Shown here: in pieces, positions 9,582 through 17,666 of the stretch | Numbering within the stretch: the first letter of the stretch is position 1 | Layout of the letters: each line of letters begins with the position of its first letter | Notes under the pieces: generated by a model | What the model saw: the letters and a program-made list of their open reading frames with translations, nothing else | Databases searched by the model: none | What the model was told of the DNA's origin: nothing | Program-made: the position numbers and the translations under genes | Assembly (NCBI GenBank): GCA_035463495.1 | Contig: DATHTH010000137.1 | Span: 418 to 64,417 of the forward strand | From: Anaerolineales bacterium | GTDB lineage: Bacteria; Chloroflexota; Anaerolineae; Anaerolineales; Villigracilaceae | Direction: 5' to 3' | Length of the DNA: 64,000 bases

Positions 9582-10508
9582 TCACCAGGCTTTGACCCAC
9601 GGCTCAAGCAGATCGAATTCGACGAAGCCCATCGAGTGATACAAAGCGTGGGCGCCGGTTGAATACGAGCTGACCGTCGCAAGCGTTGCACCAAGCTGCC
9701 GGGCACGACGCAAGCCCTCGCTCATAACCGCTTTGCCGAGTCCCCGCTTTTGATGGTCAGGATGTGTACCCACCGGCTCGAAGACAGCCGTGCGAGTAAC
9801 ATCATCGAACCAGACGGTACAAAATGCAGCCAGTTCCCCATCAGGAGCCACGGCGACCAGATCGAGATCGCGCCGGTAGAGGGGAACACGCTGGACGTTT
9901 TTATACCACTCGAAGCCCTGGTATTTCTGGTCCGGCTCGTCGGGGTGAAAAACCTTCCAGGAGAGCCAGCTGCGAGCAGGGTGCTCGCTCTCCTCGCCCA
10001 GGGCCCGGACGGTATACCCCTCTTGAGGCGCGACCTCGGGAATCGGCTGAATTAAGTGGCGCCGTCGCATGTGCTCAGCGGAAAATTCAGAGCGCTTGTA
10101 GCCGCGATGCGTAAAGAGTTCTTTGGCTGAACGATCGTTGCCATTGACCCATACGATCAATTGCTGCTTGCCGTTGGCCGTTGTACTGGACAGCCCCTGC
10201 TCGGCAACCTCAAGCATCTCCGCTATCGAAACCTCCTCACAAAACACGGGATGGATCTGAAAAAAAGCTTCACCCGGGCTATCTGGGTTTAACATGGCTA
10301 CGATCTTTCCATCTGCTTCCCAGAGCGTGACCACATCCTGCAGCTCGAATTGGAAGATGTTTTCGTTGACATGCCAGCGCCAGTAATCCCAGCGCAGAAG
10401 CGACCAGGAAAAATCATGCCGGTTGTTCAGCAGCGATACATCGCGCAGGAATTGTCGAATACACCAGTAGTCTTCTTCTGTTTGGTAGTTTCGCATCCTT
10501 GGTTTCAT
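9582..10508 (-). CDS. Tandem-domain GNAT N-acetyltransferase
   Basis: VGTHPDHQKRGLGKA acetyl-CoA motif; GGAGG RBS before ATG 10508. Confidence 0.88.
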   Translation of the reverse strand: MKPRMRNYQTEEDYWCIRQFLRDVSLLNNRHDFSWSLLRWDYWRWHVNENIFQFELQDVVTLWEADGKIVAMLNPDSPGEAFFQIHPVFCEEVSIAEMLEVAEQGLSSTTANGKQQLIVWVNGNDRSAKELFTHRGYKRSEFSAEHMRRRHLIQPIPEVAPQEGYTVRALGEESEHPARSWLSWKVFHPDEPDQKYQGFEWYKNVQRVPLYRRDLDLVAVAPDGELAAFCTVWFDDVTRTAVFEPVGTHPDHQKRGLGKAVMSEGLRRARQLGATLATVSSYSTGAHALYHSMGFVEFDLLEPWVKAW

Positions 10509-10566
10509 TGTTGCCTCCACATATCTGGAATGGAAGATTCTGCCTCGGTCATTTAACACCGGAATT

Positions 10567-10623
10567 ATTCTACACAACGGAAAAAAAGGGACTCCCCTGT
10601 CAACAGGGGAGTCTTCACTGTCC
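10567..10623 (-). promoter_or_regulatory. Motif A promoter copy 4 (-10 TAGAAT)
   Basis: ACTCCCC-tgtcaaca-GGGGAGT 10591-10612, ACTGTCC half-site 10617-10623; TAGAAT 18 nt away. Confidence 0.72.
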
Positions 10624-10657
10624 AAAAGTCTGGTTTGGTCGGCTGGATGGTTTTGAT

Positions 10658-11187
10658 TTATTTTTTCAGTTTCACCCAAAGCGCAAACAACATCAGGACC
10701 ACCCCGGTGAACCAGCCGCCAGGTGTGAAGCTGTCCGGTATCAACAAAGCAATGGCAACCCCTCCGGTCAGTAGTACGAGGGTTAATACCGCAAATTCCC
10801 ACATCCAATATAAAATATGAACAGAATGTAGTGCGTGCCCAGTGCAAACATGAATGCCGGGAAAAACCAGTTCAGCTTGTACAGGGCGACCGGACCGATC
10901 AGGAACAGGCTGAGAGGGGTCAGGATGGCGATCTGAAAAATCAACTGGTTCATTGGGTGCGCGCCGTCCAGGCCCATGGGGCGCCCGAGAATATGTACCG
11001 TCAGCAGGGTTAAGGGAAACGTCAGCGCGACGGCAAGCACCAGGGTGACCATCGCGGCTGAGGCACTCACCCAGGTGCCCAGAGCCGCAGAGCTCAGCCA
11101 GAAACCACCCATAATCCCCTGAGCGACCGAGCCGCGTAGATAGGCAGTTCGTACATCCTGCTGCGCCGAGCGGATATCTATATCCAT
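10658..11187 (-). pseudogene. Frameshifted membrane protein (possibly DUF7010-like), or a sequencing error
   Basis: The hydrophobic reading MDIDIRSAQQ...GTHYILFIF switches frame near 10805-10815 and continues as ...MWEFAVLTLVLLTGG...KLKK*. Confidence 0.6.
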
Positions 11188-11206
11188 GCCCTTCCACCTT
11201 ATGAAC

Positions 11207-11250
11207 ATTATAACGATAAAGGAATCAATACTCCCCCGTCGCGGGGGAGT
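11207..11250 (-). promoter_or_regulatory. Motif A promoter copy 5 (-10 TATAAT)
   Basis: ACTCCCC-cgtcgcg-GGGGAGT 11230-11250 (N7); perfect TATAAT 17 nt away; no distal palindrome. Confidence 0.75.
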
Positions 11251-11273
11251 ATTCTAATCATTTCCTAATCGGA

Positions 11274-12227
11274 TCAAGCGGTTCTCGGGCGCAGCGCCGT
11301 ATAGAACAGGTACACACCCACCAGGATGATCGCCACCGGCCAGAAGAGCTGTGAACTGTTGGCAAAGAATACGGAAGCAACCGCGAGCGCCGCCAGAACG
11401 ATGGTCACGATCCTTGCCCAGGGCTTGGCATGCCGCAGCCAGACGATGGCAAACGTCGCAGCCAGACCGCCCATCAGCAAGGCGTTGGCATACCCATCCT
11501 CGTTCTCGTCGCGGATCCAGCCGGCGATCGCTAATACGGCGATGACGGCAATCACGGCAATGGAGCCAGCCGGGATGATCGCCCACCAGTTCTCCTCGCT
11601 GCGAAGATATAAGACGAAGAAAGGCAGAGCAACCGCGAACAGGAAGATGGGACCGAAATACGCCGCATCGCGCCCGCCAGTGGACATGAGAGGAGCGATC
11701 CCTAATACGCCGGTGATATAGGCAACCAGCAATGCCCATGTTCGATTCCGGTTGTTGAGATAGACCAGCAGGAAGCTGCCTGCGATCATGAATAGGAACA
11801 ACGCGCCGATCCATTCGCCGCCGGTCGAGTCCACCAGCAGGGTCACCAGCGCCAGGAAGAGCATCACCCCGCCGGGAATCAGCGCCCACCAGTTGTGGGT
11901 ACGGTCCCTGAGATAGGCAACCGCGAACGGGATGACGAGACCAACGAAGAGCGGTGTCGCCACCGCCGCGCTATCCACATTGTTGGTGGCCAGCGTGATG
12001 GTCATAGCCAGTCCGCCAAAGACACCTGCGGGAAAGAGCCAGCCCCATTGCTTCCAGCCGCTCATGGCAAATTCGATGACCGCCAGAAGGCTGACAAAGG
12101 CAAAAGTCCAGATCCAGAATTGAGGGTCTGAGAATTGGTCGATGTAGCCCATTTGCTGCGCCAGCGCTACTCCGCCTGCCGCGATTAACAGAAGTCCCCA
12201 GAAGAGACCCGAGCGATTGATTTTCAT
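11274..12227 (-). CDS. Multi-pass membrane protein with LiaF/LiaI-like N-terminal TM hairpin and internal repeats
   Basis: SGLFWGLLLIAAGG.AL N-terminus; repeated WWA(L/I)IP(G/A)G units; AGGAGG RBS. Confidence 0.7.
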   Translation of the reverse strand: MKINRSGLFWGLLLIAAGGVALAQQMGYIDQFSDPQFWIWTFAFVSLLAVIEFAMSGWKQWGWLFPAGVFGGLAMTITLATNNVDSAAVATPLFVGLVIPFAVAYLRDRTHNWWALIPGGVMLFLALVTLLVDSTGGEWIGALFLFMIAGSFLLVYLNNRNRTWALLVAYITGVLGIAPLMSTGGRDAAYFGPIFLFAVALPFFVLYLRSEENWWAIIPAGSIAVIAVIAVLAIAGWIRDENEDGYANALLMGGLAATFAIVWLRHAKPWARIVTIVLAALAVASVFFANSSQLFWPVAIILVGVYLFYTALRPRTA

Positions 12228-12255
12228 GGGAAATCCTCCTTTGATTTCTATGCTT

Positions 12256-12322
12256 AGTATACACATCCAGAGCGGAAATGCCTCGTCCGGGAGAAGGGTC
12301 TTTCCCTGTCCAGGTGGACAGC
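12256..12322 (-). promoter_or_regulatory. Motif A promoter copy 6, degenerate (-10 TATACT)
   Basis: CCTGTCC-aggt-GGACAGC 12305-12322; degenerate proximal site ATGCCTC-N8-GAAGGGT 12278-12299; TATACT 16 nt away. Confidence 0.55.
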
Positions 12323-12352
12323 GGCTCCCCAACCGTTACAGCTTCACGGCAA

Positions 12353-13564
12353 TTACATCTCGATCTTTCTGAACCTCCAGACTGCAAGAGCAAAGAAGAA
12401 CCCCGCATACGCTGACAAGATCATGGTGGGGATGACAATCGAACTCAGATCCAGTCCCCGGATCAATATGTTCTGAAAACCGTTCATTGCCCAGGCAGAG
12501 GGCATCAGCTTTCCGATAGCTGCAAAGGCACCACCGGTGACCTCTAGCGGGAACCAGGTGCCGCCCAGCGCCGAGAACAGGAACATGGCGATCATAGAGT
12601 ACAGGATGACCTGGTCTTCCGCCTTCGCGATGACGCCAATCAACAGTCCCATGGAAGCCACCCACAGGCCCAGTGTCACTGCTACAAACAATACAGCCAA
12701 AGGCTCACGCAGATAGTCTACGTTGAGCACCCACTGCCCGAAGAGCACAAGCATCGCCGTTTGTAAGAAGACAACAATGAACATTGCCAGCATGTGCCCG
12801 GCGATGATCTCCCATGTTTTCATGGCGGTCGTGATCAGTCTCTGCACGGTGCGGCTCTTGCGTTCCTGCACCAGGACCTGGGCTGAAGTCACCATGCCGA
12901 AGATGGCAAACTGGACCAGGATCCCCGGTGAAGCCTGGTTGTATGGGTTGCCGGCGTTCAAATCTTCTGATTCAGGCGAAACGGCGATAGCCTGTTCCAC
13001 GCGTACCATCGACAGGCGCGAGTTCACGTCCCATTTCCTCCAAGCCAGCTCGAAGGCAGGCATATATTCGGATGGGTCCTCCTGCACCTCGGCGGAGAGA
13101 CGAGCAATCTCCACGGCACTCATTAACTGTGAGACCGGCCCCCTCAGCAGCTGATAGAGTGAGTGTCCTTCCGCAGATGTGGGTTCCGAAATCAGCCGGA
13201 GTTGGTGGCCTACGGTCTCGCCCATCGAGGCCTGCTTGCTGAATCCCTGCGGGATGACCAGCACTCCACCCACATCACCCTGGTAAAGGGCCTTCATGGC
13301 GGCAGACTCCTCCAGCAGCTGGATGCGGATGTCATTCGAAAGGTCCAGCCGCGCGATAAGCAGCTTATTCAGGATCGCATCCGGTTCCGGATCAACAACC
13401 GCCAACGGAATGCGCTTGTCCGCATCTTCGTCATCGCCGCCGCGCCCCAGGGCAAACCCCATGAAGAATGTAAACACGATCGGCATGACAACCAGGAACA
13501 ACAACGACCGTTTGTCGCGGAACATCTGGGAAAGGTCTTTGATGGCAAGATCTAAAATTCTCAT
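12353..13564 (-). CDS. ABC-2 type exporter permease
   Basis: MRILDLAIKDL, ERKSRTVQRL and LGGTWFP..PSAWAMNGF motifs. Confidence 0.9.
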   Translation of the reverse strand: MRILDLAIKDLSQMFRDKRSLLFLVVMPIVFTFFMGFALGRGGDDEDADKRIPLAVVDPEPDAILNKLLIARLDLSNDIRIQLLEESAAMKALYQGDVGGVLVIPQGFSKQASMGETVGHQLRLISEPTSAEGHSLYQLLRGPVSQLMSAVEIARLSAEVQEDPSEYMPAFELAWRKWDVNSRLSMVRVEQAIAVSPESEDLNAGNPYNQASPGILVQFAIFGMVTSAQVLVQERKSRTVQRLITTAMKTWEIIAGHMLAMFIVVFLQTAMLVLFGQWVLNVDYLREPLAVLFVAVTLGLWVASMGLLIGVIAKAEDQVILYSMIAMFLFSALGGTWFPLEVTGGAFAAIGKLMPSAWAMNGFQNILIRGLDLSSIVIPTMILSAYAGFFFALAVWRFRKIEM

Positions 13565-13650
13565 GAATAGTCTCCGGATCTGCTGATCTTCTCCTCGGCT
13601 TGTCTCTTGTGTACTCAATGGGCGAACGATGAATGCACAAGCCGGCTGCC

Positions 13651-14931
13651 TTAAGCAAATCGTCTCTGGAACATCCGAGCGCCGATTGTGAACATGATAA
13701 GTCCCATCCCAACCAGGATCAGAAACGGCATCAGCACATCGCCAAAAGCTTGACCGTCCATCACGATCCGCCACAATTTGAGCACCCAGCCCTGGGGTGT
13801 GAAATTTGCGATCATATCCATAGCCGCAGGCATCCCGGCCGGGATATTGGCGGTGAACAGGCCGCCAAGCATGCCCAGCCCGGTGAGGGCGCCACCCAGC
13901 ACAGGTCCCCCCTGGCGCGTGCTTTTCACAAAGGAGATCAACAGCACGCCCAGTCCCGTCGCGGCGATAACCTGTCCAACCAGCGCCAAGCCGACACTCG
14001 CCGGGTCGCCCCACGTGATTCCAAAGGCATAACGTCCGGCAACCATCAACACCAGTCCCTGGAGGAGAACGGTGAAAAATACTGCCACGAACTTGCCTGT
14101 CAAGATGGAAGTACGACGGGTCGGTGTGGTGAAGAGGCGCGCCAGGGTCCCCTCTTCGTCTTCACGCAGAATCGACATCATGGAATAGGCTCCGGTGAAG
14201 AAGGCAAAGAAGATCATCTGCCCGGCCATTGTCAAGCCCATCATCTTTTGGACAGGATCGACGGCTGCTGTTTCCCCGGCAGAAGGAGCGACCATGACAA
14301 GCGCAGCCTTCTCCGGATGATGGAATAGATCGCGCTGGAAGTCGCGATACCAATCCCCGTAGTGTTCAATCCAGGCAGGAATGTCCGCTTGATCTGGTTG
14401 GATGCCGTTGGCACGCTGTCGCTCCATGATCGTTTGAAGGGCAATCCCGCCGCCTGCCACCGCATCGATCATCATGGTGACCATATCTTCCACAATCGCC
14501 GGCCCGATAGATAACGTCGGGTCGCTGACGATCAGCACCCGAACATCCTTCGCGTCGCTCAGATAGCGTTCCGTAAAGTTGTGAGGAACGATGACCGCGA
14601 CACCGATTTCCTGTCTGTCCACAGCGGCACGCGCCGCGGCCTCATCTGGATAATCCGAGGCGGTGATCCACGATTCCACGCTTTCGTCAAAAAACATGGA
14701 GCGGATGTTGTCACCGATCGGTTTGTCGAGCATGGAATCGGAGGACAGTCGGTCTGCATTGACGACCCCCACGCTAATCGGTGTCATGCTCACATCGCCG
14801 CCGGTCATCCCCCCGAACGCAAAGTAGATCAACCCCGTAAGCATCAACGGTGCTACGACCATCATCCCGATGGCAAAAGCACTGCGGAAGGAGCGCAACA
14901 AATCTTTAAGCGCAATGTCAAGGATTTTCAT
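13651..14931 (-). CDS. ABC-2 type exporter permease (paralog)
   Basis: MKILDIALKDL, EDEEGTLARL and TPQGW motifs. Confidence 0.9.
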   Translation of the reverse strand: MKILDIALKDLLRSFRSAFAIGMMVVAPLMLTGLIYFAFGGMTGGDVSMTPISVGVVNADRLSSDSMLDKPIGDNIRSMFFDESVESWITASDYPDEAAARAAVDRQEIGVAVIVPHNFTERYLSDAKDVRVLIVSDPTLSIGPAIVEDMVTMMIDAVAGGGIALQTIMERQRANGIQPDQADIPAWIEHYGDWYRDFQRDLFHHPEKAALVMVAPSAGETAAVDPVQKMMGLTMAGQMIFFAFFTGAYSMMSILREDEEGTLARLFTTPTRRTSILTGKFVAVFFTVLLQGLVLMVAGRYAFGITWGDPASVGLALVGQVIAATGLGVLLISFVKSTRQGGPVLGGALTGLGMLGGLFTANIPAGMPAAMDMIANFTPQGWVLKLWRIVMDGQAFGDVLMPFLILVGMGLIMFTIGARMFQRRFA

Positions 14932-14952
14932 GAAAGTCTCCGTGCTGGCTCT

Positions 14953-15891
14953 TCAATCCCTCAATGCTCGCCCCGTCAGATGCAGGAACACCGTTTCCAG
15001 GTTCGGTTCCCGGATGTCTACGGAGGTGATGCGCACGCCCGCCTCGGAGGCAGCCTCGAAAAGGCGCGGCAGGACCCGGTTGGAATCATCGACAAGCGCA
15101 GTGACCTTCCCATTCGTAGCATCGATCTTCCTGACCCCGTCTGTTGCTCCCCAGGCTGCGAGCACTTTCATCGACTCGACGTTGAGCGTCAGATCAATCC
15201 GTGTCTGCTCGCCGACCATCTGGATCAGCTCGGCATGGGTACCATAGGCGATCACTTTGCCCTTATCCATGATGGCAATGTGATGCGAGAGCTCAGCAGC
15301 TTCTTCCATGTAATGGGTGGTGTACAACACGGTCATACCCCGTCCGTTGAGCTCCTTAACGTTGTCAAGAATATGCCGGCGCGATTGTGGATCAATGCCG
15401 ACCGTCGGCTCGTCCATAATGATGACCGCAGGTTTGTGCAGCAGTGCCGCGCCGATATTCACCCGGCGCTTCATTCCCCCAGAAAACTTGCCCACGTGGT
15501 CCCTTTGACGGTCCGCCAGGCCTATGACCTCCAATACCTCATCGACGCGCCTTTTGAGCTCTGGCCCGCGCAAGCCATACATTTTTCCCCAGAAGATGAG
15601 ATTCTCATGCGCTGAAAGATCAGGATACAGAGCAATCTCCTGGGGTACCACACCCAGGCGAGCTTTGGCAAGTTCCGGCTCGCGGGTAACCGAATGCCCC
15701 ATAATACAGGCTTCGCCGCTGTTCGGCGCGAGCAAGCCTGAGAGCATGGATATCGTGGTGCTTTTTCCCGCCCCATTCGGACCGAGCAGACTTAATACCT
15801 CTCCGGCTTCTGCCCGGAAGGTAGTACCCCGGACAGCTTGAAAATCGCCAAAGGATTTATATAGATCTTGAACTTCAATCGCGAGAGACAT
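14953..15891 (-). CDS. ABC exporter ATP-binding subunit
   Basis: Walker A GPNGAGKS, signature FSGGMKRR, Walker B IIMDEP, H-loop TTH. Confidence 0.95.
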   Translation of the reverse strand: MSLAIEVQDLYKSFGDFQAVRGTTFRAEAGEVLSLLGPNGAGKSTTISMLSGLLAPNSGEACIMGHSVTREPELAKARLGVVPQEIALYPDLSAHENLIFWGKMYGLRGPELKRRVDEVLEVIGLADRQRDHVGKFSGGMKRRVNIGAALLHKPAVIIMDEPTVGIDPQSRRHILDNVKELNGRGMTVLYTTHYMEEAAELSHHIAIMDKGKVIAYGTHAELIQMVGEQTRIDLTLNVESMKVLAAWGATDGVRKIDATNGKVTALVDDSNRVLPRLFEAASEAGVRITSVDIREPNLETVFLHLTGRALRD

Positions 15892-15904
15892 AACATTCTC
15901 CTGT

Positions 15905-16846
15905 CTACGGTTTCTTGATCTTGTAGGCCGGGTATAAGAGCCAGGTTACAAACAGTCCAAAAATAAAGGTAGAGGAAGCTGTTTCGACCAAGTGACTCAT
16001 GCGCACACTGTTAGAAGGAATAAGAGAATTGGGCAGGATGTGACCAATATTCTGTGGTACGCTGAACATCAATCCCACGACCAGCGCCGTCTGCCAAAGG
16101 GATAGGCGTGAACCCCGTATGACCAGATACGCACCTGCCACCCAGATCAATGTGCGTACCAGTTGATACGGTGTCAGCAAGGGATCCGTTGTAAAGATAT
16201 GTGCCATTTGCTGGAGGAAAGGCAAGGCATCACCCGGTGATCCATAGAATGCGCGCACATCCGGGTTTTGCCAGGCGATGAAATAGCCCGCCGTGTAATA
16301 AAGAACCAGATAGGCCACATAGATCACCCCCAGTTTCCAGAGCCACTCCGTAAGCGGCATAGGCACGACATCTGGAATTTGGGGTTGCTCCGCAAAGGTA
16401 TAGACGCGTCCCATGATAAGGACAGCCAGCGGAATGAAGAGAAACGCAGTCGGAAGACCCTGCAGGAAGAGGCGGAACATCAGTTCGGGCCCAATAGTAA
16501 TCCCGAGTAGAAAATACCATGCCTCGAGCTGCGTAACCAGTGTCATGACAAGATAGAAAGCAACTGACATCGAAAGGATCAGTTTCCAGCCGCGCCAGCG
16601 TGAGCTATAGATCATCGACATGACCACCAGGACCGTAACCGCGCAAACGATCAATAGCGCAGTCGTCTGAGGGAAGGGGCCGGGCTCAGCAGGTGTTTTT
16701 GGCAGATACGTTGCAACCAGCCCTCCTCCAAGTGCAAACAAAATGAAGTAAAGGATCACCAGGACGAAGAAACTTAATAACCGGCGAATAACTTTACCAA
16801 TTGCCTGGACAGGGAGGGCCTGTCGAGCTGTACTCACAGTACTCAT
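15905..16846 (-). CDS. Hypothetical multi-pass membrane protein
   Basis: About 8 hydrophobic segments; AAGGA RBS before ATG 16846. Confidence 0.75.
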   Translation of the reverse strand: MSTVSTARQALPVQAIGKVIRRLLSFFVLVILYFILFALGGGLVATYLPKTPAEPGPFPQTTALLIVCAVTVLVVMSMIYSSRWRGWKLILSMSVAFYLVMTLVTQLEAWYFLLGITIGPELMFRLFLQGLPTAFLFIPLAVLIMGRVYTFAEQPQIPDVVPMPLTEWLWKLGVIYVAYLVLYYTAGYFIAWQNPDVRAFYGSPGDALPFLQQMAHIFTTDPLLTPYQLVRTLIWVAGAYLVIRGSRLSLWQTALVVGLMFSVPQNIGHILPNSLIPSNSVRMSHLVETASSTFIFGLFVTWLLYPAYKIKKP

Positions 16847-16883
16847 ATCCAATTCCTTTACGGGAGCCGAATCTGGTACTCTC

Positions 16884-16953
16884 AGTGTAATTGATCGAGA
16901 TGTGATACTACACCCGTCGCCGGGAGAGTATTCGACCTAGCCAGTTGGACAGT
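16884..16953 (-). promoter_or_regulatory. Motif A promoter copy 7 at the head of the array (-10 TACACT)
   Basis: ACTACAC-N9-GGAGAGT 16907-16929, GGACAGT 16947-16953; TACACT 17 nt away. Confidence 0.6.
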
Positions 16954-17042
16954 ACACATTGCGCAGGGAGTCGGCTTTTTTGAGCGAATATTTCTAGTTT
17001 TTGCCGCCCTATCTCTGCTATTGTTTTCCCTATGTTCTAATA

Positions 17043-17086
17043 TAGGGAGAATCCCCATTCAAGCTTTGGATATTTAAATGTAAAGT
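17043..17086 (+). promoter_or_regulatory. Motif B promoter (TAGGG-AGAATC-CCCAT, 22 nt, TAAAGT)
   Basis: Box 17043-17058; -10 at 17081-17086. Confidence 0.65.
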
Positions 17087-17092
17087 GTCGGT

Positions 17093-17254
17093 ATGAGAAC
17101 ATTCGACATGTTTTGGAGAGGCTCGGTGTTTGTCATTCTTGCTTTCCTCACGTGGAACAGCTTTGTGGCTGGCGGTCTAATGGCAGGATTGCTGTTACTC
17201 TCCTGTATCCCCGTCTGGTTGTTTATCGGATTGTATCACCAGGGCTATTTCTGA
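17093..17254 (+). CDS. Small 53-aa two-TM protein, probably leaderless (missed by track)
   Basis: MRTFDMFWRGSVFVILAFLTWNSFVAGGLMAGLLLLSCIPVWLFIGLYHQGYF*. Only 6 nt separate the -10 box from the ATG and there is no SD. Confidence 0.55.
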   Translation: MRTFDMFWRGSVFVILAFLTWNSFVAGGLMAGLLLLSCIPVWLFIGLYHQGYF

Positions 17255-17337
17255 TCTACCAGAAGTAAAATGATATTCCTGACACGGGGATTTTTTTATT
17301 TAAGAAAGAGGAAGTGGGAAAGAGAAATTAAATAAAA

Positions 17338-17375
17338 TGCTCCGTCAGAGTGAGGGGGGCACCCTGAGCGGAGCA
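17338..17375 (+). terminator. Possible intrinsic terminator after the small ORF
   Basis: TGCTCCG-TCAG...CTGA-G-CGGAGCA stem followed by CCCTTATTTT. Confidence 0.4.
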
Positions 17376-17523
17376 CCCTTATTTTACACAGAATCCTGGT
17401 TTTGGCAAGGGTATTGGGGATAAATCAGCAGATTTATTTTTCTCTAAGCGCCTACCACTAATTCACAGGTCCATAAGTCTAAGAAACCCGCTTCATTGCA
17501 GATAAATTCCAGCATTCTAAGGG

Positions 17524-17567
17524 TAGGGAATCCCCCCATGTGCATATCATTTTGGGGAAATGAAAAT
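17524..17567 (+). promoter_or_regulatory. Motif B site upstream of kinase island (weak -10 GAAAAT)
   Basis: TAGGG-AATCCC-CCCAT 17524-17539, 22 nt, GAAAAT. Confidence 0.5.
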
Positions 17568-17666
17568 GCTTCTATGAGCCAGTCTGGCTTTTCTTTTCTG
17601 TAGATTTGCTACTCGAGTTTATATGGTAGATTCCTCCTGATATTAGACATTGAGGCACTTCCAAAC

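Noticed and set aside
6883-12332. Long N-terminal extensions in track ORFs (6990, 7896, 8462, 9706, 10847, 12332)
   Set aside because: They run through motif A promoters or neighbouring genes. Downstream ATGs have clear RBSs and domain starts.
1867-16953. Integron cassette array with motif A as attC sites
   Set aside because: No RYYYAAC/GTTRRRY core ends and no integrase are present. The fixed spacing to -10 boxes fits promoters better.
1867-16953. CRISPR array
   Set aside because: The copies are separated by whole genes (0.6-5 kb), not by 30-40 nt spacers, and no cas genes are present.
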